DNA of 64,000 bases from NCBI RefSeq assembly GCF_963921235.1, contig NC_086108.1, positions 33,916,001 to 33,980,000 of the forward strand, read 5' to 3'. Both the position numbers and the translations under genes were made by a program. This stretch comes from Mobula hypostoma. Lineage: Eukaryota. The notes under the pieces are model-generated. The model ran no database searches, was not told the DNA's origin, and saw only the letters and a list, made by a program, of their open reading frames with translations. Positions 36,893 through 49,185 of this stretch are shown here, piece by piece. Each line of letters starts with the position of its first letter. Within the stretch, counting starts at the first letter, position 1.

Positions 36893-37634
36893 ACTGTTAA
36901 ACTAGGTACCTAAGAAAATAAAGTAATATGCTTTATTAAGCATTTTTGTGTTGATTGCTGATCTCAATGGCTTTGGAATAAAGGTACAATACCAAATTTG
37001 ATCATATAGTTTAAACATTTGTTCATAATGAGTGTTTATTCTACCACACCAGGAAAGAATGTGTCATGTCGAAATGGCTCTGACATCATGAGTTGCTTCG
37101 GGAGGCTGGTTATGGCATGCATTGGCTCCAGTCTCCCAGACAATTCGAGCCAGTGCAACTCCCTCACTGAAACAGAGCTTTGGCAGACACCTTCTCCATG
37201 ACCCTACAGTCACTTCTGGAGCATCTAGTTAGTAAATACACTTATTTTAGTCCATTGTTTATGACTAAAACTCCACCTTGAGTACTATCATTTCAAGCAA
37301 AATCATTTATATTAAGACATAAGAGTCTGAGGTGGATTGACAGTTTAGAAACTGGAGGTTGTTTCCTCCTGTAGATAAGGTTATAAAAGGGATGTTTGCT
37401 TGGGTAAGGGACTGAGTTCTTTTGCATTAACCTCATGGCTTTAACTATGACTTGGTTGACTTAGTTCAATAATTGAGCCATTGCTTATTCGCTCAGTTAT
37501 CTGGAGGTCAATTTTTTGACAAAATCCATTAAAGTGCCAAGGGATGTTTTGCTATTTTAAAGATACAGTACAAAAATAAGTCATTATTATTGTTGAAATG
37601 TATTTGGCAATGTGTATTTAAATTTATATTATTG

Positions 37635-38040
37635 ATGAGGAGGGAGGTGCAGGAGCCTCAGGACTCTCACCATCGGGTTCAGGTACAGTTATTACCCTCA
37701 ACCATCAGGCACTTGAACCAGAGGATATAACTTCACTCACTCCAACACTGAACTGTTCCTACAACCTACTGGCTCACTTTCAAGGACTCTTCATCTCGTA
37801 TTTTCTATACTTATTGCTTATTTATTTATTATTATTTTGTTTGTTTTTTAAAAGGTCCTTTCGTATTTGCACAGTTTGTTGTCTTCTGCGCACTGGTTGT
37901 TTCCCCCTGATGTGTGCTGCTCTCATTGATGCTATTGTCTCTTTGTATCTACTGTGAATGCCCACAAGGAAATGAATCTCAGGGCTGTATATGGTGACGT
38001 ACAAGTACTTTGATAATAAAGTTACTTTGCACTTTGAAAA
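37635..38040 (+). mobile_element. Rex1/Babar LINE 3' end
   Basis: Matches 42830-43213. Confidence 0.8.
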
Positions 38041-38129
38041 CAATATGAAAACCACCACTTGATGGCAACATTGTTATGGTTAGCAGTAGGTGCAAAGCAC
38101 AGGAGCAGATCTTGCATCTCCTGATGTAT

Positions 38130-38475
38130 GTGAAGAGCATGATGCCAAATTATTCCATTCTGCCTGCATATTATCTATATCCTTTCATATCCCGCAAATT
38201 CATGTGCCACTTGAACATCACTGTGTTATCTGCTTCCATCACTCCCCATGGTAGTACCTCCAGACACCCACCACACTCAGTTAAAAAAAATGCCATTCAC
38301 TTCCCCTTAAGCTTTCTACATCTTACCTTAACACTATGCCCTTTAGCATTAAAAGCTTCTACCCTTGGAAAAAGATTCTGGATGTCTCCACTGTCTGTGA
38401 CTCTCATAATTTTCTAAACTTTTACTAGGTCTCTCCTCAGCCTCCAATGCTCCAGAGAAAACAATCCAACTATTC
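38130..38475 (-). mobile_element. Old CR1 3' fragment
   Basis: Degenerate similarity to other CR1 3' ends in the window. Confidence 0.65.
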
Positions 38476-39044
38476 AACCAGATAGACTCAAATTAGAATG
38501 CTTATTGATCTATATTACTATGATAATCGTTATGTTTATAAAGATAGATGGGAGATAAAATTATGTTTACTGTTGTTTTTCCATTGAGTCTCTGCCCTCG
38601 ATCTGTGAGTAATTGGCGTGGTTACAGGCAGTTGTTTAATAAATAGACAATAAAAGTAAGTAATAAACATCAATCATGAATATTCGAAGGGAAAACAGTT
38701 TAAACACTTGCAGAAGGAAATTTATCTTCTGAAGTGATGATGAAAAGTTTAGATTAACGAGAAAACAAGGAAAATTAAAACTTATCACAAAAGCAAGAAG
38801 TTGCAAGGCATTACTGACAATTATGCTAAGCAAGTACCTTATCAATTAAGGTTCAAGAACATCTAATTTCAACATTTAGGTAGTTCTTAAAAATATTCCA
38901 AAATTTTCTGCAAAATGCATATTCAATTCTCTGCCTAATTTTCTGCAGATCAGCAACTCATGTTCTTTGGCTGTCCCTTGGAGTTGATAATGTTTACTCT
39001 TTTGGTTTTGGGGATTTTTGAGGTAGCTAATGAGGCCAATGTGG

Positions 39045-39485
39045 AAACTGCAGTTCCTTCTATACATGGGGCAGGAAGTGAGTGATGAAGTGGACGAGTG
39101 GGTAGTTTCTGAGGTGGTTAGGTTCTACGTGCTCCTGATGAATGGCCTCAAGTTTCTTAATGCTCCAATGCTCCAGTCCTGACGAAGGGTCTTGGCCTGA
39201 AACGTCGACTGTACTTCTTCCTAAAGATGCTGCCTGACCTGCTGCACTCACCAGCAACTTTGATGTGTGTTCTTCAATGCTCCTTCTCCAGTTTAAGTGG
39301 TCACAGACCAGAGATTCCCATGAGTCAGTGGTGACACTACACTTCTTTAAGGGCAGTTGTACCATATTCTTGAATCTTTCTGTCTATCTCATAAATCTCA
39401 TGACAGAGATTGAAATAGAATGTCTGTTTTAGGAGCTTGTTGTCAGGTGTGCAGGTGATGTGAGCTGCCCAACATAGCCAGCTAA
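39045..39485 (-). mobile_element. RTE LINE 3' fragment (hosts a Penelope mini-insertion)
   Basis: LKKCSVTTDSWESLVCDHLNWRRSI resembles the RTE ORF C-terminus; related copy at 44100-44455. Confidence 0.65.
39174..39211 (+). ncRNA. Minimal type I hammerhead ribozyme motif (Penelope-type)
   Basis: CAGTC-CTGACGA-AGG GTCTTGG CCT-GAAA-CGTC-GACTG: 5-bp stem I, intact core, stem II, palindromic ACGT in place of helix III. Confidence 0.8.
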
Positions 39486-40214
39486 GGCAACACACAGAAA
39501 CGCTGGGGAACTTGGGGTCAGACAGTATCTCTGGTTGGAAATGAACTGTCAGTGTTCTGGATCAAGAGCCTTCATTTGGACTGAGTGTGATGAGGGTGAC
39601 AATGATTTTGGATTGGGAGTGTTTAGTTTTCTTATCCTTCCAGAGAATTTAGAGGCTTTTGTGGAGACAGTATTGGTGACATTTTCTCAGATTCTAGATA
39701 TTATTATTTAGATAATGCAGGACTCAGAAGCGTACATAGGACAGACATCACTGTTCTCTGGTTTACTAAAAGATTTTGTGCCAAGTCTGAAGTTTGATCT
39801 TCAAATACCCTTTTATTCAGTTGAGGTTGTGCTGGCATATTAAAGGTTAGGGTGAAGGTGGGAGGAATTTCATTGATATCTGCCTTCACTGAGAATAATG
39901 ATTTCAAGGATCTTATTGTGAAGCTTTATTGTTAAGGGTTAGTGCAGTTCAAATTGGTAGAGGACCTTCATCTAGTGGATGCTGAATATCTTCTCATCTG
40001 GTTTGATGTTTGAGTTAACGATGTCTGGGAGTTCAATCTCTGAATGTGCTCAGACACAAGTATTATTTGCTTACTGCTGCAGTTCTAAGTGGTTAATATA
40101 CATGACACAGAAACATTTAGCTTATTTTATTCAAAGAATACTCCATATGGAGTTTTCTTTTTAAATTAATCCAAATGCTTTCCCCATTCCAGCCCCTGGT
40201 CCCAGGACGGTGGT

Positions 40215-40517
40215 TTCATAACTGATCTCCAAATCTGAGATTTAGTCCAAATTCCCTGGCGGAATCTGGGGATTTTAGATTCAGATAATTAATGAGAACC
40301 TGGAATGAGAAGCTAGCATCATCAATAGTTGCCATGAAACTGCTCAATATCTTGTTTACTTATAGCTTTTAAAGAAGGAAATCTTCATCCTTATCTGAAC
40401 AGATCTTTAGGTGCCCCCAAATGCAGAGCAAAGAGGCTGATTCCTAACTGTTCTCTGAAATGACGTAAAAGGCCGATCAGTTCAAGGACAATGCTGGCCT
40501 TTTTAATAATGAATAAA
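40215..40517 (+). mobile_element. Degenerate tRNA-type SINE (widespread elasmobranch family)
   Basis: CTGGAATGAGAAGCTAG...CCATGAAACT...GAAGGAAATCT...CTCTGAAATG...CAGTTCAAGG...ATGCTGGCCT...AATGAATAAA; recognised from memory. Confidence 0.55.
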
Positions 40518-41104
40518 GGCATTGAAGTTTCAGTGAACAGCTCCTAGAGATTATATTCTATTCTTACTTACAGTGAATGCCATTATTTCCAAAAATTGTG
40601 GACTTGGAATTGTAACAGTGATTCCCGATGTGTAAGGCTTTTCCATGTGATTCATGGTTGTAATATTTTCAGGTACTGTTCTGTGCTTGTTCAAGACGCA
40701 ACAGAATTGCCAAGGTTTCAAAAAGAAAATGAAGAATGTTTTGCATCAATTCAAAGGTCGATTGGCTCACGGCACATTCATTTTTTTCTCCAAAATGTCT
40801 TTCTCTCACTTTCGAGGTTAAAGGAAGAAAGATCAGCAAAGCATTCATAATGTATAGCAAGTGCATTGTGGCTTCACAATGTTTGAACTATATTTATCCT
40901 ATTAAAATGTGAATATCCTTAATGGTTTGAGAATTTACCTCTGCAAAGGAAGTAGTATTTCCTATTCCTGCTAATTTCAGCTCCACTAAGAAACAAAATT
41001 TAAAAGAAAATCAATAATGCAATTTTTTAAAAAATCTGTATTTTAGTTCTCTTATTTCATTCTTTTATATATATATATATATATACATATTAGGTCCAGC
41101 AATA

Positions 41105-41775
41105 ATCCCTATGGTGTCCAATGGTCTCAGAGTGCTAATCATGAAAACAACCCTCGATTGTTGACCCTGCCTCTTATCACTAAACCAATTTTAGATTGGA
41201 ATTGTCTAATTGTTTTGGACCTATGGGCTCTTACCTTTTGGACTAATGTTCCATGTAGGACTTTGTTAAAAGGCTTACTGAGTCCATGTGCACTAAAGCG
41301 ACTACAAACACCCTTAACAATACTGTCAGACATCTTTTTGAAAAACTTAATCCAATTAGTCACACAGGATCTCTCTTAACATAGCCATATTGATCAATCT
41401 TTGCATTTCCAAAGGCAAATTAATCCTGTCCCTCTCAATTTTCTCCAATAATGATTCTAACCTGACCTGGCTTCTTCCTGTTTCCCCTCTTTAATAACAG
41501 TAGTACATTCATGGTCCTCCAGACATTAAGCACCTCTTCTGATTTGGATTAAGATTTCAAAATTCTTATCCGAGTCTCAACCATCTCCTTTGTATCCCAC
41601 AGTAATTTGTGATATATTTCATCAGGCCCTGGGGTGGGGGTTTAATCCACATTCAAGACCACAGTAGCATGTAATGTCTCTTCCTTTTAAATGGTAATTT
41701 GGCTACTAATTCTACTGTCTGCCTCCATGAATTCTCCATTGACAATGTCCTTCACTATAGTGATTACAGATCATT
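41105..41775 (-). mobile_element. Old CR1 RT fragment
   Basis: TNWIKFF...SKPFNKVLHGTLVQKVRAH. Confidence 0.7.
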
Positions 41776-41944
41776 CCTGAGAAAAAACAATTACAAACAA
41801 AAACGTTCAATTATAACCCCTTGGAAATATAACCAATACCTCGTCAGCATTGCACTGGAGTACTAAATTGGATTTTGAACTTTGGGTGCTGTGGGGAAAT
41901 TTCAACGCTACAACCTCTGACATGTGCGTCGGAGAAGTACCAAT

Positions 41945-43213
41945 GGGTCTTTGCACACTGGAACATCTGGACAACAAGGGTGCATAGATCAGGATGGTCT
42001 TTACCATCTACAGCTCAGCCTTCAATAGCATCAACCCTTCAAAACTAATCAACAAGCTACAAGACCTTGGCCTCAATACCTCCTTGTGCTATTGGATCCT
42101 TGATTTCCTTGCTTGCGGATCCCAGTCAGTTTGGATTTGCAACATCTCCTCCATGATCTCGATCAGCACAGGTATGCCACAAGGCCGTGTGCTTAGCCCC
42201 CTGCTCTATTCGCTTCACACTTATGACTGTGTAGCTAAGCACAACTCCAACGCCATATTGAAGTTTGCTGATGACACCACTGTCATAGGCTGAATCAAAG
42301 GTGGTAACAAATCAGCATATGGGAGCAAGATTGAAAATCTGGCTGAGTGGTGCCTTAACAACAACCTCTGCTCAATGCCAACAAGACCAGCCAGAGGTCC
42401 ATGAGCCAGTCCTCTTCAAAGGGTCAGAAGTGGAGAAGGTCAGCAACTTTAAATTCCTTTGTGTTATTATTTTGAAGGGCTTATCTCGGGCACAGCACCT
42501 TGTGCAGTTATGAAGAAGGCATGGCAGCATCTGTACTTTCTCAGGTGTTTGCAAAGATTTGGCATGATATCTAAAACCTTGACAAACTTCTATAGATGTG
42601 TAGTGGAGAGTATATTGACTAGCAGCATCACAGCCTGGCATGGAAAAATCCACAAGGCCTTTGAATGGAAATTCCTACAAAAGGTAGTGGATACAACCCA
42701 GTCCATCATGGGTAAAGCTCTCCCAACCTTTGAGCATATCTACATAAATCGTTGTCGCAGGAAAGCAGCATCCATTATCAGAGACCCCTATCACCCAGGT
42801 CATGCTCTCTTCTTGTTGCTGCCATCATGAAGAAGGCACAGGAGCCTCAGGACTCACACCACCAAGTTCAGGAACAGTTACTACCCTTCAACCATCAGGC
42901 TCTTGAACCAAAGGGGATAACTTCACTCGCCCATCATTGAAATGTTCCTATAACCTATGGACTCATTTTCAAGGACTCTTCATCTCATGTTCTTGATATT
43001 TGTTAGTTATTATTAATATTTTTCTTTTTGTATTTGTTGGTTGTTGTCCTTTGCACACTGGTTGAACGCCGAAGTTGCTGCAGTCTTTCATTAATTCTAT
43101 TATGGTTATTATTCAATAAATTATTTATTGAGTATACCTGCAAGAAAATGAATCTGTGTTGTGTATGGTGAGATATATGTACTTAGATAATAAATTTACT
43201 TTGAACTTTGAAG
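41945..43213 (+). mobile_element. Rex1/Babar LINE, 5'-truncated
   Basis: [42 protein letters not shown] + (TGAACTT)n tail. Confidence 0.9.
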
Positions 43214-44099
43214 GCAATTGCTCATGTTTAATACCTAAAGATTGTCAGTACCCTGATTCTACAGCAGAGGGAGCAATGATCAAACAATTTAGTTGGAGTG
43301 TACTCGTACACAAATGAAGGGTATAGTTAATTCCAACATTATAAGTGAGAACTATTGATAATATTTAAGTAGATGTCAATCAATTCAATTTTTTTTAAAA
43401 GTCAAGTAGTAGTTGCAATGATGCAACTGAAGAAATGACCTTATGTTCAGCATTCTGAAAGTGTGTATTGAACACTGCCATGGATTAACAAAGAGTTCGA
43501 GAGAGTGCCAGAAGCAGAGTACTTGCTGATAACAATGAATGCACAGGTTCTTTAGTCCGGTCAAAAACCATTCATGGTTCAATCACCAAAGACTCCCCTC
43601 ATGAGAGTTAAGATTGAAGGTGAATGAACTATGGCAGAGAGGCAGTTTATGATCACAGGAAGGAACACTTCAACAAGCTCCACAAAAGTAACATGTGTTG
43701 TCTTTGTAAAATCTTCCATATTATTCACTAAAAAAAATTTAGATGAGCTGACGTCAATATCCTCTCTTGCCCTAACATCTCAGTAGTGAGGTTAAATTAT
43801 TTTTTTGCAGGTTTAGATTAGATTATGAGAACACTCAGTCCTCTTTTATTGTCATTTAGAAATGCCTACATGCATTAAGAAATGATACAATGTTTCTCCG
43901 GAGTGATATCACAGAAAACAAGACAGACCAAAGACTAACACTGACAAAACCACATAATTATAACATATAGTTACAGCAATGCAAAGCAATACCATAATTT
44001 GATGAAGAACAGACCATAGGCACAGTAAAAAAAATACTCATTGGTGAACTATACATTGATTGCATGTCTGATGATAGACTCCAATTCATGAAATCTATT

Positions 44100-44455
44100 C
44101 TGAGCTGTCTGATGGGACGAAATTATCAGCAAGACAGAGACAAGAATTCAAGAAGATACTCAAAGTTTCCTTGAGGTGATACAAAATCTTCACTGACTCC
44201 TGGGAACCTGCTTAAAGTAAAGATGGAGAATTCAGATGGTATTGAAACTATGCATCAAAAGCAGATAGAAGCTCTACAAAAGCTGTAAGGAAGCTACTAC
44301 CTCACAAACATCCCATGCCTGTACGGTCAGCCACATCCTGCCCACTTGTGGAGGGGGTATGGCTCTCACTGTGACCTGATTAGCCACTTCAGAACCTACA
44401 GAACTAGACCGGAAGCAAGTCACCCTTAATGCAGCTACTGCGAAGAAGATGGACT
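44100..44455 (+). mobile_element. RTE LINE 3' fragment
   Basis: ACTGACTCCTGGGAA and CCACTTCAGAACC...GGAAGCAAGTCA, GAAGAAG end; homologous to 39045-39485. Confidence 0.55.
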
Positions 44456-45652
44456 GCATATTTCATAAAAAGACTATTTATAAAATATATTTAAGCTTAA
44501 ACACTGCTAAATTTGGAATATTTTACATGGGTACTTTTAGCTGAAGAATATATTACGGCCTGGATTTTCCAGGAAACTGTTGGGAAATTTGGAATTTCCA
44601 CATTTTTGCACAGAACCACGAAGTGTCAGGTCACCATCAGGAGTTTAGCCCATATTTCAAAGCACAACTTCTGTTGGCCAGCAGGAGTGTGGGCGGTTGT
44701 GAGGATTTACTACCGCTTAGGATGGGAAACTACATAAACATAATGTACCAAGTTGGACTTGCTGCTAGGAGTGTGTCTGTATTAATTTAGTTAATGGTGG
44801 TGATAGGGTGGGGAAGGGCTGGCGGCAGAGAAGTTGTGCATACAAATTTCAAACTATTTTATTGTTTTAATTTTCTTTTTTTATGTACTTCAATCATAGT
44901 TTGTAACTGGTTCTTGTATGTCAGAAACATTAAATCCACCTAGTAAGCTTTCCTCTTAATAAATTCTGTTTTATTTAGGAAGCCATTGCAAGATTGGGTG
45001 TCTTCCTTCTGATTATGAGTTCTGTCCCATGATATTTCTGACTTTCCAGTGTAAAGATTCATTCAAAAACAATGCATCACCACACCTATAACACACAAAA
45101 AGGTTCTACATCCCAGAAGAGGCTTAGCACCAACTCATGCATATTCATTCCTGTGCTGAAAATTGTAGTCGTGGAGCCGACTAGCAAAGATGTTAAAGGG
45201 AAAAAGAATCAAATACAGGAAGGATGCTACATCCATGCTAATTGCTAAGCAGAGCTTGTGAAGCAGAGGGAAAAGATAGAAGTGGAGAAATTCTGCTCTA
45301 TGGGAGATAGAGCAAGGAATTTGTGTCAGTCAAGTTCAGATACTGACACATTTGCATAGTATCTCTCACTGTGGTGTGAATACAGAAGAGTAGTGATGAT
45401 GTTCCGTCCCTCACTATTCCAATATCACTTTTTAGGGCACTTTTGATAGAATACCGATACTTATCTAAAGTTCCAATCATCTATCCACTCATTCAGCATA
45501 TGTAATTGAAATAAACCGGACGCGTCCAATGTCTACTTAGACAGATGGAGCCATTAATAATTAATTAATACACTCCGCAGTGTTGGCTTCAGATTACAGT
45601 AATTCTTAAGGATCAGTTTCCATTCAAGTATGAATTTAACAGATAAACCTCC

Positions 45653-46052
45653 AAGGGGACTACAAGCTTGTTGTGGTTTGGAGGCTTGAGTACTTCAATG
45701 ATCCAGAGAGCTATGCTGGCTGGAGTCAGGGCTTTATGCTTTGGCTCTCGGTAGGGTCACCCATGCCAAACCGATCACAGAGTAGCCGGACTAAGACAGG
45801 TTCGGGGGGTTCAGTTTAGGGCTAACAACCCTGACTGGTAAAACAAAATTGTTACAGAAACAGCAATGAAGAATCCTTCTGCATCTGAGTGCGATGGTAT
45901 TCCCGAGTTCCCACCCAGGACTTGCATGACTGACAGTAGTGAAAATTGAGAGGAGGCTATTGACACAATGAAGAAAGCCCTGAACACCACCAGATCCTGG
46001 GGACCTTCATTGCTGCCCTAAACTCCAGCAGCGTAAAGGGCAGTAGGTAAGT
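45653..46052 (+). mobile_element. Bipartite non-autonomous RTE (Expander-like 5' UTR fused to a LINE 3' end)
   Basis: CAATGATCCAGAGAGCTATGCTG...GGTAGGGTCACCCATGCCAAAC...GGGCTAACAACCC followed by GGACCTTCATTGCTGCCCTAA...GGGCAGTAGGTAAGT. Confidence 0.6.
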
Positions 46053-46330
46053 CATTTAACATATAAATGATCTCCAACGCAACATTTTGGAGATTAAAGA
46101 AAAAAAAGCGGAAATGTTAACTTTGTTTCTCACTCCAGAGTTGGCAATTGAGAGCATTTCTAGCATTTCTGTGATTTATTTTAGATTTCCAGCATCTGCA
46201 ATATTTTGCCTTTGGAATGTTTTGGGGACATTGTGTGGCTTCACTATATGAATAATTCAGTCAGTGGCAGTTGGAATCTTCAAGTCTTTTTTGCAAGAAA
46301 GGATAAATTCCTGCAAAGGGGGATGGGGGG

Positions 46331-46625
46331 GACATGGTAGTGAGGTGGTTAGCGCATCATTTAACAGTACAGGCGACCTGGGTTCAATTCCCTCCACTGC
46401 CTGTAAGGGGTTTGTACGTCCTCCACGTGACCCTGTGGGTTTCCTCTGGGTGCTCCGATTTCCTCCCACAGTCCAAAGGTGTACTGGTTGGTGGGTTAAT
46501 TGGTCATTGTAAATTGTCGCGTGACTAGGCTAGGATTAAATCAGCGGGTTGCTGGATGGCGTGGTTCAAAGGGCCAGAAAAGCCTATTCTGTGCAGCATC
46601 TCATTAAATCAATCAATCAATCAAT
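46331..46625 (+). mobile_element. V-SINE (HE1-like)
   Basis: TGGTAGTGAGGTGGTTAGC, GGTTCAATTCC, V domain GGGTTTCCTCTGGGTGCTCCGATTTCCTCCCACAGTCCAAAG, (ATCA)n tail. Confidence 0.85.
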
Positions 46626-46674
46626 TGCTTTTCAATTGAGGAAGAAATACTGTGACATAAACTGGTCCCTTAAT

Positions 46675-46815
46675 CAACACACGTAAAAGTTGCTGGTGAA
46701 CACAGCAGACCAGGCAGCATCTCTAGTCCAGTCGAAGTTTCGGGCCGAGACCCTTCGTCAGGACTAACTGAAAGAAGAGAGGGTAAGAGATTTGTAAGTG
46801 GGAGGGGGAGGGGGA
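46675..46815 (-). mobile_element. Penelope pLTR mini-insertion with hammerhead motif (46729-46765)
   Basis: 6-bp TSD CTTAAT (46669-74, 46816-21); minus strand AGTC-CTGACGA-AGGGTCTCGGCCC-GAAA-CTTC-GACTG. Confidence 0.8.
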
Positions 46816-47715
46816 CTTAATGTTATTTTTATCTTCCAAAATAGAAGTGAGCACATTAAGTATGATTCTTGCTGCATATCTTATCCAAAATAATATTCTA
46901 TGAAATATGTAGGACTGAAATCTCATTTTTAAATTGTGGAAAAATTGCCATAGTGTCTCAATGTATTTACAGTCTGCCTTTGGTCTCAAAATTTGCAGAC
47001 AATTATCCATATTATTTTTGACCTTTTCATGGACAGCAGAAGCAGATGTTCTCAGGGACAGCGCAAATGGGTCATGTCAGAAGCAATTAACCAATGTGTA
47101 TTATGGCTCTTTACAATGCACTGTTTACAAAGTACTCATGGCAACACAAGGGAATGGATGTACTTTGGAACAGCCTATAAACTGAAAAACTCATTAAATC
47201 TATAATCTCATGTAACCTTTAAAAATGTTCCCAGGACATACAGTAAAGTCATTTGGAACCAATCAGGAGTTACTGGATAGTCAATGATATTTGCAGGGCA
47301 TAAAAATAACTTTTATCCAAAATATATTCTTAAATTATTTAAATATGATGATAGATTATTATAAATTAAAAGTTGGCAGCTAAATTCTGGCATGATGAGC
47401 ACTATTTTTAAACATTTAAGTGCCATGTTGATATCATTTAATTAGTGTATTTATTTCTAGACTCAGTATAGTGAGTAACACATGACAGACTATCTGTATA
47501 GGCACATGCTTTGATTATCTACAGAAGGTCGTACTTAAATTTAGTTGTGCTAAAATCCAAAAGTGCTGAATGTAAATTAAAGTCTAAAAATTGGTTCACA
47601 TTGCATTAATTTTTCAGGGTCAGAGTAGCAGACTGTGTTCTAGAAGAAATAGCCAAAAATGCATACCATGAACAGGAGGAGTCCTTCAGAAGCTGGAATT
47701 CCAGAGCACCACACA

Positions 47716-49185
47716 CCTCAGCATGTCAGGCAGCATCCCTGGAAATAAATAAACTGTTGACATTTTGGGCTGAGATGCATCTTCAGGACTGAAAAGGAAG
47801 GGGGGAGATGCCAGGATAAAAAGTTGGGGGGAGGGGAAGGAGGATAGCTAGAAGGTGATAAGTGAAGCCAGGTGGGGGGAAAAGGTAAAGGGTTGGAAGG
47901 GAAAGAATCTGATAGGAGAGGAGAGTGGATCATGGAAGGAAGGGATGGAGGAAGGGGTCCAGGGGGAGGTGATAGACTGGTGAGAAGAGGTAAAAGGCCA
48001 GAGGGAGGAATAGAAGAAGAGGGGAGGGGGAAGGAAATATTTTTTCACTGGATGGAGAATCAATCTTCATGCCATCAGGTTGGAAGTACCCAGATGGAGA
48101 ATGAGGTGTTGTTTCTCCACGCTGAGGGTGGCCTCATCATGGCACAAGAGGTGGCCGTGGATCAACATGGTGGAACGGGAACGAGAATCAAAATTAAAAT
48201 AGTTGGACACCAGGAAGTCCCGTTTTTGGCAGATGGAGTGAAGGTGCTCAATAAAGACGTCCCCAATTTACAACGGGTCTCACCAATGTAGAGGAGGCGG
48301 TTTCAGGAGCACCAGACACAATAGACGACCCCAGCAGATTCACAGGGGAGGTGTTGCCTCAACTGGAAGGACTTTTGGTGGGCATAAATGGAGGTGATGG
48401 AGAGGTGAATGGGCAGGTGTAGCACTTTGGCCACTTGCAAGGATAAGTGCTGGGAGGGACAGATGGACAAAGGAATCACGGGGGGGGTCAATCCCTACGG
48501 AAAGCTGAGGGTGGGGGGCAGGTAAAGATATGTTTAGTGGTAGGATCCCTTTGGAGTTAACAGAAGTTGAAGAGAATGATATGTTGGATGCAGAGGCTCG
48601 TGGGCTGTAGGTAATGACAAGAGGAACCCTATCACTGTTAAGGCAGTGGGAAGATTGGGGTGAGCGCAGATCTCTGATGTCCTGGAAAGGAAAGCCGCAT
48701 CCTGGGGTCAGAGGCGCTGGAGATGAAGGAACTGAAGAAATAGAATGGCATTTTTATAGGAGATGGTGTGAAGAAGTATAGTCAAGAGAACTGTGCGAAT
48801 CAATAGGTTGATAAAGGATGCCAGTCGACTCTTTCTCCAGAGATGGAGAAAGCGAGATTGAGAAAGCGAAGGGAGTTTGCCAGAAAAGGACCAAGTGCAT
48901 TTAAGGGCAGGATGGAAGTTCAAGGCAAAATTGGTAAATTTGACATGTTCAGTATGGGTGAAGCAGCACCAATGCAGTCGACAATGTAGTAGAGGAAGAG
49001 TTGGGGAGCATTTCTAGGGAAGTCTTGGAACATGGGCTGTTCTACATAGCCAATGAAAGACGGGCATAGCTGGAGCCCATGGCTACCCCCTTGAGTCTAG
49101 AGAAAGTGGGAGGAGCCAAAGCAAATATTGTTGAGGGTGGGGTGAGTTCTTTTGCCAGGTGGAGGAGGGTGGTGGAGGGAAACTG
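47716..49185 (-). mobile_element. Penelope-like element (RT C-terminal half + GIY-YIG endonuclease + pLTR), degenerate
   Basis: KGVAMG, YIVDCIGAA, NFHPALK, FQLRQHLPCESAGVVYCVWCS..LYIGET; purine-rich 3' region; pLTR. Confidence 0.88.

Noticed and set aside
40660..40735. Possible terminal exon (TTTTCAG then VLFCACSRRNRIAKVSKRK*)
   Set aside because: Weak polypyrimidine tract, no recognisable homology and no partner exons; needs RNA-seq
47790..48035. Purine-rich, G-quadruplex-like tract (also 57330-57620)
   Set aside because: Standard low-complexity part of the Penelope 3' region
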